From positions 66,978 through 130,977 of IMG/VR virus record IMGVR_UViG_3300005546_000001: a stretch of 64,000 nt of DNA; one strand, written 5' to 3'. The translations under genes and the position numbers were made by a program. Origin of the DNA: a virus. Lineage: Duplodnaviria; Caudoviricetes. The notes under the pieces are model-generated. The model was given only the letters and a program-made list of their open reading frames with translations. It did no database searches and was not told where the DNA came from. Of this stretch, positions 52,997 to 62,489 are shown piece by piece; positions within the stretch are counted from its first letter, which is position 1, and each line of letters starts with the position of its first letter.

Positions 52997-54745
52997 TTAA
53001 GCTAGCAAACTCAGTAAGGAATCTTTTACTGGATTGCTCAAATCCACGTCCGGATTTTCTGTTACTATCTCAAATCCAGACGCTATGAGTAGTTCTTTTA
53101 GCGGAAGGAATGTATTGAGATTTTCTATCACGTAGTCTCTGTATTTCTCTGTCGTACTTGTGCCAGATACTCTGCCACGTCCACTTCTGAATTTAGCAAG
53201 AAAGAAAGATTCTTTAGTCAAAACTCCGAGAATATTTTCTCTTGATTCGCTAGTGAAATCTACAGAGAAAATAATGTTGTTTGGATCAACCATGTAGTTC
53301 CGACCCATTCTCTTGATGTCCTCTTGAGCAAAGAACATCTTGAATTTGGCTCCTACCTCTTGACCAGAGTAGATGTTTGCTTTTACAATACCGGGCGTAA
53401 ATCCGCTCTTTGCATATAAAAGTTCCACCGCCTCCGGGTCAGCAGATGTCATGTCACCGCTGTACACAATTGAATTAGCGGAATTTGTATAAGCCGCATT
53501 CCAACCAAATTTGCGCCCATCTAGTGAGAAGAAACTCAAATCGATGTCTCGGGCACCTTCATTCCCTCTCCAGTGAATTCCTATGATACTGTTAGACCTT
53601 CTTAGTGGGATAGAGGAGCCTAGCGGGAAATTTCCTATGAAGGATTTTTCAGAAGTTGGAACTGTCAGATTGATATTCTCTGGCAATTTAATTCTACAAG
53701 CTTTTGCTGAAATGCTCTGAACCAGTGATTCATAAATTAGAGCGCCCTGTTGATGTAAATTCTTTTGATTAACGCTTGCATTCCCTTCTTGTATAAATAA
53801 TTTTCCGTTTCTGATTCCAAACGCTCTATACCCGCATTGATTCAGCCTTACTAAAATAGTCTGAAGCAAAGAGACTTTCCTGAAATTGTTTAACTCTGGA
53901 AGCCTACGGACAAATTCCTTATCAATATCTCTGTTTAGAACATTCGTCCAGTAGCTTTCTGGCATTGGCCTGTGATTTGTAACTGCCAATCTTCGCAGTC
54001 TGTTAATTACTGGCCTGTCGGCGCCAGCGCATCGCATTGCTAAAAACAACGGTTTAAATCTTAAAAAAACTTCCGCCAACCGCTCCATTCCAAATGCAAA
54101 TATCAGCTTTCTCACAGGCTCTTTACTTGCCCTGATCGCGGCGATAGTTTCTCTGTCCTTGATTAGAAGAGTCTTGCCAGTCTTCAAGAACACAAGAAAC
54201 CTGACAAATTCAGTTGTGTTACGTGGAAATGTTCCGGCAGCCTTACAAAAATGCATTAAGGCTTCGCGATTCTTTATAGAATCAACGTCCACGTCAGCGC
54301 CGCCAAGAACTACAATGATGTCCTTGATTGTGGCTTCAGCCAAAGCCGCTCCGCTCTGCAACATTCCCAGTGCTCTACTCTGAGCCTCTTCTAACGTAAT
54401 TTCTTCCAGAATCTTGATTGAAGATGATTTCAATTCTTTGACTTTTGGGTTTTCGTTTGGAAGGTAAACTTCTCCCTCAAAATTCGTTCCGTATGTTGAA
54501 GCATAATGGAAGATTTGATCAATAAACAATTCAAACCTGTTTTTTGACGTGACATCCTTCCAAGTTTTGTAGAAGGTAGCGTTGTGGTTTACCTTCTTCT
54601 CTTTCAGCCATTCTACAACAGCCAACGAGCAAAGCTGTGGCGGTACTACATACCCTACCTTCAACGCTAGTTTGTTGGTATTGTAAAAATCACGCGGTGA
54701 TTCAGTAGCCAGTGCTTTGCCAAACAATCTCAGAACTTCAATCAT
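52997..54745 (-). CDS. 582-aa protein: large helical N-terminal region plus TerD-like C-terminal domain
   Basis: NATFYKTW, DQIFHYASTYG, FLRFKPLFLA, INRLRRLA; C-terminal GIHW..DIDLS..GWN..YSGDMTSA..AVE is TerD-like. AAGGAGA RBS. Confidence 0.65.
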   Translation of the reverse strand: MIEVLRLFGKALATESPRDFYNTNKLALKVGYVVPPQLCSLAVVEWLKEKKVNHNATFYKTWKDVTSKNRFELFIDQIFHYASTYGTNFEGEVYLPNENPKVKELKSSSIKILEEITLEEAQSRALGMLQSGAALAEATIKDIIVVLGGADVDVDSIKNREALMHFCKAAGTFPRNTTEFVRFLVFLKTGKTLLIKDRETIAAIRASKEPVRKLIFAFGMERLAEVFLRFKPLFLAMRCAGADRPVINRLRRLAVTNHRPMPESYWTNVLNRDIDKEFVRRLPELNNFRKVSLLQTILVRLNQCGYRAFGIRNGKLFIQEGNASVNQKNLHQQGALIYESLVQSISAKACRIKLPENINLTVPTSEKSFIGNFPLGSSIPLRRSNSIIGIHWRGNEGARDIDLSFFSLDGRKFGWNAAYTNSANSIVYSGDMTSADPEAVELLYAKSGFTPGIVKANIYSGQEVGAKFKMFFAQEDIKRMGRNYMVDPNNIIFSVDFTSESRENILGVLTKESFFLAKFRSGRGRVSGTSTTEKYRDYVIENLNTFLPLKELLIASGFEIVTENPDVDLSNPVKDSLLSLLA

Positions 54746-54765
54746 TTCAATCTCCTTTTGAGATA

Positions 54766-54952
54766 GCCGCGAGATGTAATTTTAGGCAAAGCCTTTCGGC
54801 TTTTAATTTAGGAACATCTTTTGCGGCGAAAACTTGCTTGCGGGAAGTATTTTCATTAAAAGTGATTTTTTGTTAGGAACTTCCTATGCAAGCAATCTTT
54901 AAGCGGCGGAAGGTAAATTTTTCCAATAAAAGTTAGGAACCTTCTATGCCGC
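54766..54952 (-). repeat. Three tandem structured RNA repeat units in the 5' leader of the 582-aa gene
   Basis: Units at 54903-54952, 54834-54895 and 54766-54827: stem-AWA-5 bp stem-UUCCUA-variable loop-UA-stem'-C-stem', with compensatory changes in both stems. Confidence 0.88.
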
Positions 54953-54960
54953 AATAAACC

Positions 54961-54989
54961 AGAATACCACACTTGGCATTGTTTGTCAA
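54961..54989 (-). promoter_or_regulatory. Sigma70-type promoter for the repeat leader and 582-aa gene
   Basis: TTGACA (54989-54984), 17 nt, TGG-TATTCT (extended -10). Predicted +1 falls at the base of the first repeat. Confidence 0.75.
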
Positions 54990-57900
54990 GCCCGCCCAAT
55001 CCAAACCGGCGAGCATTTTTTGCAGCCAACATTCCCACAGTCACGCCCACCATGAACCTTTCGAGCTACCAAAACAAACTCCCCCTTGATTTTCACGGGG
55101 ATTAGCATAACAATCCGTGCTTCAGTTGTTTTATTAGCACCCTTGTTTTTCTTCAGGAAACGCTTCGATTTTTTGTTCTTCCCTGCATCGCGCCAAGATG
55201 CATATAGAGCTTTTTGAGCTTCCTTCTTCGCTCTCTTTGCCTTCAACCGCTTTTCTTTTTGTGCTGCTCTTGCCCGCTTTCCCATGATTAGTTCCTTATT
55301 CTGTATCCAATTCCGCCAAAGCTGAGCGGATTTGTAGAATTGCTTCTTTCTTTTCTTTTTGATGGTCGGTCATACAACGATCATCAAGACAGTTTACTCC
55401 GTCACTGTATGCGGAGAACAGTGCGTCAAAAGCTTTTACTAAATTATCCATATTTTCTCCCTTAGTAAATATTGATTTCTACTGTTTCATCTGTTTTGAT
55501 GAAGCGACAGCCCTCCCAGCCTGCTGCTACTTCGAGCCGATAACGGGACATAATAATAACTGGGGCACCGAACATAATCAAAAATCGTGCATCCAGATTA
55601 TTATCTGCTACCTTATAAACACCCTCTTCCTTTTTAATTTCTTCAAAAGAAAGAGTTTTTTGTTCAACTTTCTTTGCGTTAATTTTTCCCTTGATGTTCA
55701 TGTTTTCTCCTAATCGGGAACTATTTGTCCGTCAACTAAACTTGCTGTTACTCCCTGAATGTGCCAACAATGACTCTGCTGAACCCAAATCTTGCCGTCG
55801 GCAGTTCTGACGATTCCTTTACCGAGTGCTTGGACTATTGGAGACGGTTTCGGTTGTAAAAACTTTTCGAGAATCATATTTCCTCCTTATTCCAAATGCC
55901 AATCACCGTTACTGATAACCAACTTCTGCGGCACAACTCGGCACCAATCTTGTAGGACGTTGCGGTGGCGCTTATCATCCAGACTTAGTACGCATGCTCT
56001 CCCGACAAAGTTTTCAACACCCATGCTAGTCACTATTGCGTAAAAACCGGCGTCATTTGGATGCTCAACGTGAACAACATCAAAAACTCGCATGACCCCC
56101 CCTATTTCAGCCCAGCGCGAATATCAAGAAGTTCTTTAAACGCTCTTTTAATTTCCGCTGTCATAATTTTATTGAACTCGTCGTGCCCCCAGCACTGATC
56201 AACAACAATCGCTGATAGATTTTCAATTGCGTCGTCAACGTTTATCCGAGCAGCATCTAAGCAAGCATTTGCCTTAGTTGTAACTGACATATTGTCCCCC
56301 TAAAGTTCCGTCTCAGTTTCGAGATCGTACTTGAAAACCTCTTGGATGGCGCGGACTGCAGATTGGTAGTGACTCTGAAAATGGGCTGGTGCCGTTAAAA
56401 GTAACAATCTTCTTTTATATTGCTCACCGTTACTTAAACGACGAGTCCGCACAACTTGAAACGGATTTACGTCCGCGTTATCGTAAACTATTGCTCGAAT
56501 CCGACACGTGGTGTACTCTTTGAGACACATATCTCCATTATCGGGGCCACGCAGCGCCACCAAAATGTCAATTAGCTGGCGAGTAGTTTCACACTTGTCC
56601 ACCAGCTCTTTAATTGCTTCTTGTAGTGTTTTCATTTTTTGTTCTCCTCCCAATTTTGTACAACGTAGTAACCCACCCCAACCAGCCACGCCAGAGTTAG
56701 TATGACGGTTGGAATCCAGAGCGGTGTTGTAGGGTTGTACCCGTTTACCACGATCAGCCTCGCCCAAAGCGAGGTCAAAAGTATCGTGGCAATTGTCCAG
56801 AGTACAGATTTCATTTTATCTCCTTCTAAGCTGTTTTTAGCTTTGGTGGATATCTGAGTGTGCCCATGAGTTCAAAAACGCTTATTTCAAGTGCGATTCT
56901 TTTTGCTATGTTGGGATCAAATAGTTCGCTCAGCGGGAATTCTTTTTCAATGCCACCTTCCAAACCAACTACCCCACTTTCTGAAGAATTTCCAATTCCC
57001 ATGAATTCATAAATTAGTTTATCAGTTGGGTGAGCAACAGTTTGTCCGAAGCTGAAAACACCGCCCGCCTCAATCTGTGCTCTTCGTACTGCTTCGTCGA
57101 TGATTTCTTTGTTTGTCATTGTTAACCTCAAATTTATTGGGTGGTTAGGAAACAATACAAAACACATTTTCATTCCTAAATGGAAGGATTTCTGTATAAA
57201 ATTCAGATGCAGGAGACTTGCTGTAGTTCATGAGTTCAGTCAGCGAGCCAAGTTTGTCATTCAGGGCACGACCGAACCCACCACGGCAGTTTTTAGTCGT
57301 TCTGAAAAACTCGATTTGTTGCATCAACGGAGCGTCAATTTGAAGTTTTCTCATATGCCCATCTCCTTCTTCCATCTAGCCATCACCCCCCGCGCTGTAG
57401 CTTCATTCAAAATGTCCTCACTTGAAGCGGCGCGAATGGCTTCGGTTATCACAGCGAGTTCGTCACCATCAGCCCGAAAAACAACTACCTTTCCAAAAAC
57501 TCTCGGAAACTTCTCTCCGATGTGCCATGCTTCTGGCTCAGCATTCGCTGGACTTGTTGTGATGTAGAGCATGATTTTTCCTCACTTACATGGAACCATA
57601 GCGCCCGCACAGACAAGTTTTATGTAGCGAAGCACATTATACAATTCCCCGCCGTGTCCGCATTTGCAGCGCGGGCGTACTATCCAAACACTTGCTTGGA
57701 ATTACAAACTGTTCGTGTTTCATTCAGTCTCTCCATTTATTGCTGAGCCGTTCACCGAGTTTGTAAAACTTATCATCGGGAAAGTTTGTAGGATTGTTGT
57801 AGAATCCTCTAGCAATGTTTCTCGCTTCTTCTGGACTAGTAACTAAATTAATGTCCAACGCTTGCCCCGCAAAAAACTCCCCACTAAAATAATTTTTTCC

Positions 57901-58081
57901 ATCTTTGTGGGCCAAGAATGCAATTCTGTCAAGAATCTCAAACATTTTGTCCGTACCCATCACGCCCCCAATTTCCGATTCAAACGGAACCTAATTTGCA
58001 GTCCCACCGCGCCAGCAGCAATCAATCCCGTAAACTACGGCAAATGCCAAAGAATTGTCAAGCATCCAGATTATCAAATAA

Positions 58082-58549
58082 TCAACCATGATGAGCCTCC
58101 GCAATCCCCCGTTCTTCCCCCAAGAATAATTCTTCCAAGTCCATGATTTTTGCATGACTGTTGAAGTAAACTTCTCCTGGAGCATTAAACGTCCAGCCGG
58201 TAATAATTGAAACCCCATTTACAACAGTAATGCAAGGAAAAAGATTGTTGCTTCTTTTCGCGGGAGGAATCTGTTCTGCTTCAAGTGGTGGTTCGGGGCG
58301 TGTCGGGGCTCTTTTTGATGCTTGATTTGCTTTCCAGACTTTCTGCATTCCCCGTAACCCAACAACTTCAAACTCGGAGACTTTACCCATCTCAACTAAT
58401 TCTGGGAGAATCTGTCTTAACGTGGCTTGTGAGAGAGATGATTTTTCAGCGAGTTCGTTGAGTGTCCAAGTTTTTGAATCGCTGTTCAGCGCGGCCAGAA
58501 TCATTTTCTGGCTTTGCTGGCGCCGCCGTGTTTGCCAGTTCGTATTCAT
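58082..58549 (-). CDS. Winged HTH DNA-binding protein
   Basis: ILAAL..WTLNELAEKSSLSQATLRQILPELVEMGKV. Confidence 0.7.
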   Translation of the reverse strand: MNTNWQTRRRQQSQKMILAALNSDSKTWTLNELAEKSSLSQATLRQILPELVEMGKVSEFEVVGLRGMQKVWKANQASKRAPTRPEPPLEAEQIPPAKRSNNLFPCITVVNGVSIITGWTFNAPGEVYFNSHAKIMDLEELFLGEERGIAEAHHG

Positions 58550-59891
58550 GGGAGCCTCCGGTTTCTACGCGGGTTCAGAGTCTGAGATTATTGCAAAAAC
58601 CAAACCCATCCCAGCAGAAAATGTAGCCCAACCATACATTTCACAACCAACACTCACTCCAGCAAAGGCCATGAGTGCCATCGCACACGCAACAAGCTTT
58701 TCTTGCCTTGTTTGTATTTAGTCTCCTAGAATTCATCCCCAACAATCAGAGATTCTTTTGGATTGGGTTGGCTGTGTTTTTTCAAGAACTCACCGAGTTT
58801 CTTGTGAAGGAAAGTGATTTGTTCAAGATTGAGAACTGGTCTGTAAGCATACTGGCCTTTGATGTCAAATGCGAGTTTGTGCATTTCCGGTGACATAACT
58901 TCTAGTCGAGAAGCGTCTGGGCCGCATACACCGCTGCTTTTGAACGTAATCATGTTTGTTCTCCTTATGAATCAGAATGCCCAACGAAAAAACATTCCCC
59001 AAGATACACCGCATCATCCCAGTTGGATTTTTTGTCCAAGACTTCTCCTGCCATCATTTCGGTGTATTCTAAAACAACACCCTTGATTCTAGCATAATAT
59101 GGGCGCCAGCCAGAGCCATCAATTCGTTGGCAGAGTTCTTTTTGCTTTTGCGAGTACCAGAACTTTCCTGTCATTTTGTCCTCCAAGTGAACGGTTCTCT
59201 TCAAACTGAAAAATCCCGTAAATCGCACCGTAGCGCGTTCTAGCGGTATTGTAGGTAAGAATTTAGACGTGGTTTTTGGGTTTTCCAGCAACTATTTTAG
59301 TTGTAGAACTCTATTTTGACGCCGATGCGTTGTTGCTGTGAAATTAGCAACTTTCCCAAAGCCTCTTCGAATGTTTTACCAACTTCCCAAAATCCCGGAT
59401 CATGGGCAAACTGAGCAATATAATCCGTAGCTCGCCGTATTACTTCAATTTTCATCTTTTCCTCCCGATTTTCTGAATCACCCGCGCGTGCGGTGCTTCG
59501 CACGCCAGTACATTTTCAGCGGCCTTTATAGCCTCGCTGACAGTGGATTCAGGCGGTAAAGCTACATCAATTAGTTTCCATCCGCACCAGACTTGTACTT
59601 TAATCACTGTTGATCCTCCATGCTTGCGAAGTTCCATTGAAGTTTTGCCGATAGCCAGACAGCGCCCAACTAAAATAGTTTTCACTTGGATTCCCGTCTA
59701 CGTCTGACAGTTTCGGAACGGACTGGCATTCAGCGTGCTCACAGCCATCGAACCCGTATCTGCAATTCATTATAGTCTCCTCGACTTTCTGACCATGCTA
59801 ATCAGACTGTTGATGATCCACTTTTTTGAGTGTTCGTACTGCAATAGGGAGTGCAGCACAGAGAAGGGCTAGGACAATTGTTGGGAACATA

Positions 59892-60782
59892 CTATTTTTT
59901 CACCATTACAAACCCAAGTTCTTTCGGGCCTGTTGGAATTGCTAACCAAAGCCCGTTTTTGTGAGCGTCCCGAATTCCTTTTGTAAGTAAATCTGGTGGA
60001 TAATTTATCCATTTTGAGATGCTGGCAAAATAAACATCCAATCCTTTTTGTGCATCCCTCGCAACCCACGCATCCCACGCATCCCACGCATCCCACGCAA
60101 CCCACGCATCCCTCGCATCCCTCGCATCCCACGCATCCCACGCATCCCACGCATCCCACGCAACCCACGCATCCCACGCATCCCACGCAACCCTCGCATC
60201 CCTCGCATCCCACGCATCCCACGCAACCCACGCATCCCTCGCATCCCTCGCAACCCTCGCAACCCACGCATCCGAAAACTCTTTTAGCTTCCAATCTTGT
60301 AAGCCGCGATAATCAAGAGAAATTCTGAGATTTTCTTTTACTAGCTTGATATCAAGGTTTGGCCTTTTTAATGCTTGAAACCACAAAAATTGTTCAGCGG
60401 CCATTGCACTTTGATGCTTCCCAAAGGATTTGGAAAACTCAAACATTGCTGTTCTTACTTCTTCGTCGGTAGCTTCGCGGAGTAGCTGAACAGAAGACGT
60501 TCGCCGTTTATCTCTTCGCTCTATTGAATCTTCAGAGCCCAAAACTTTCGAGATGTTGGCTGCCCACCCATCTCGCCACATTCCGGCGATTTTGAAGCAA
60601 GTTTGTATGTCTTTGCAGAAGTGCCATCCCCCACCTGTTCCACATTCTTGTTCCGAAGTATCCAAAGTAACCTTTGGGGTTGTGAACGGGTAATTTCCAC
60701 CAAACAGCGGCTCGCCACCTTGAATTGGTGGGCGGAAGTCGTGTGTTAGGATTTTCCAACCTTCTCTGATGTTTTCAGTCAT
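59892..60782 (-). CDS. Phage protein with (W/R)(D/V)A tripeptide repeats
   Basis: 296 aa with GAGGAG RBS; N-domain WKIL..CG..GWHFC; 24 tripeptide units. Confidence 0.75.
   Translation of the reverse strand: MTENIREGWKILTHDFRPPIQGGEPLFGGNYPFTTPKVTLDTSEQECGTGGGWHFCKDIQTCFKIAGMWRDGWAANISKVLGSEDSIERRDKRRTSSVQLLREATDEEVRTAMFEFSKSFGKHQSAMAAEQFLWFQALKRPNLDIKLVKENLRISLDYRGLQDWKLKEFSDAWVARVARDARDAWVAWDAWDARDARVAWDAWDAWVAWDAWDAWDAWDARDARDAWVAWDAWDAWDAWVARDAQKGLDVYFASISKWINYPPDLLTKGIRDAHKNGLWLAIPTGPKELGFVMVKK
60052..60267. repeat. 24 x 9-bp tandem repeat GCAWCCCWC
   Basis: Read directly; units vary only at two A/T positions. Confidence 0.95.
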
Positions 60783-61393
60783 TTTTTCTCCTCGATTTTT
60801 TTTGCTAACTCGTGTAGCCCACTAGCAATCAAATAAATGCCAAAAACTATTAGCGCCCAACCTACTACGCTTTGTACGGTTATTATTCCAACCTCCTTGC
60901 CTTCAATTCGCGGCTAAAACGTAGTAGCCAGCATTTTTCAAGAAAATACTAGCCGCGCGGAATCCTCCGAATCTTTCATCGAAGAACCATTCAGAGTTCA
61001 CATGTGCGAATGCTTCAGCGAAAATCTCGATTGCTTGCATTTCAGGGCTCATATTTCACCTATTTTTCAGCCAAAAGTATTAAATTTGGTCCAAGTTTCC
61101 AAAGTAACTTCAATTGCCCGCGTGATTTCTTTCCGCGATGCTTTTTTGATGATTTCATGGCAGAAATCAAGCAAAGTATCGTAGTCCGGCGGTTCACCGC
61201 CTTTACACGGACTGATTTTTTCCTCAAAACGATCAAACTCTTCCCACCTCGAACCATTTGGATTTTCTGATTTGAAAGCCACGATGTTTTCTCCTTTACA
61301 TACCAACTTCAAATTCAAAAACTACGGCGGGTAAAAATACAGACTTTCAACCAACGTCTGCGATTTTTTTGTACTGGCAAAAACCCCGCCAAG

Positions 61394-61442
61394 TGGACCG
61401 AGCCGGAATCGAACCGGCCATCCCAGTCGCATTTATCGGCCC
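61394..61442 (-). ncRNA. 49-nt tRNA-like element (acceptor stem plus T-arm, no D or anticodon arm)
   Basis: GGGCCGA / TCGGTCC-A stem with G3-U70 and A73; GCCGG-TTCGATT-CCGGC T-arm; intergenic. Confidence 0.65.
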
Positions 61443-62489
61443 CAAAGAGCGATACCACGAATGGAACATGGTCAAAGTACCATAATCGCTCGGCTTCAAT
61501 TATGAACTGGTGGATAATGATATCGGCTGCACATTTCACAATAAGTTGGCAAATCATCCAAAGTTATTGGAGACATTCCGGCGTGCTTTCGGACCAAATT
61601 CCAAATTAACAAAGCATTTGGGTTGGCACCAGTGTCTTGATCAGTTCTGAAGTGTTCTCTTTGAACCTTGTTTACAAAATCCCGGTCGATCATGTTTTTA
61701 CCTCCAAAGTTTTCAAAATTGCTAGACTTCAAATGTAAATAATATTCGGCGCAGCCCAGAACGCTATTCCGCGCTCATGCCGAATTTCACCTTGAGTTAG
61801 GAATACCATTGCATTCCAGAGTGTTTTGACTTCTAAAGAACCCATCCCGAATTCTTTTTGGCACTCAAACCGAACGTTGTTTAAGATTTTCACAGCTTCG
61901 TCCATAAAACACCTCCAAAGTTTGGAATAACTCGACTTCAATTACGAAAGCATCATGGATTTAGCCCTATGTGTTGAAAAACGGATTCGGGGCGAGACCA
62001 TGTTTTCTCGGCTTGCTCCACAGCCGCAACAAACCATTCTCGAAACGGAGTTGGGTCTTCCAGTTGTTCAGCAAGCTCAATGTAATTCAGCAGATGGCCT
62101 AATTCTCCATGTGAATTACTGTTGAAGATACGCTCACTGTAATCTTCAATGTTCAACTTTTTCAACGCATCTTGAATATTCATATTCTACCCCCTTCAGT
62201 TTTGAATTGTTGCAAGCAGGACTTCTTATGAAAGGTTTTGTGTTTTGGAAGTATCCCATTTGTAGGTTTCTACTGGACAACAAACAGGGCATTTGCTCAT
62301 GAAAGTGGTAATAATCCAAGGTGGAAAAAGCCATGAAATTTCATGTCTTACGCTAAATATGTATGCGACTAAACATTCAAAATGAAAAGCGGCATCACAT
62401 TCGGTTTCAGAAAAATACCCACAACAGAAAGCAGGATTAGACACTGTTTTTGAACAGATTGCACAATTCCATTGCCCTTTTGATATCAT

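Noticed and set aside
54766-54952. CRISPR array interpretation of the three repeats
   Set aside because: Units are not identical direct repeats; conservation is structural, the variable part is inside each hairpin, and there is no cas operon. The Cas4-like nuclease is 34 kb away in the replication module.
60005-60328. MRG-, RIP- and HPT-repeat ORFs
   Set aside because: They are by-products of the stop-free 9-bp tandem repeat read in other frames.
270-61270. All plus-strand ORFs in the track
   Set aside because: They are antisense shadows of better minus-strand genes, with no RBS or recognisable motifs; the whole window is minus-oriented.
61394-61442. Canonical tRNA or full tmRNA gene
   Set aside because: No D or anticodon arm and no tag-reading region between the acceptor strands; reported as tRNA-like instead.
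61315-61557. 80-aa minus-strand ORF, and similarly 54856-55053 and 48838-49020
   Set aside because: They overlap structured RNA or promoter elements or better genes, and lack an RBS and protein-like features.
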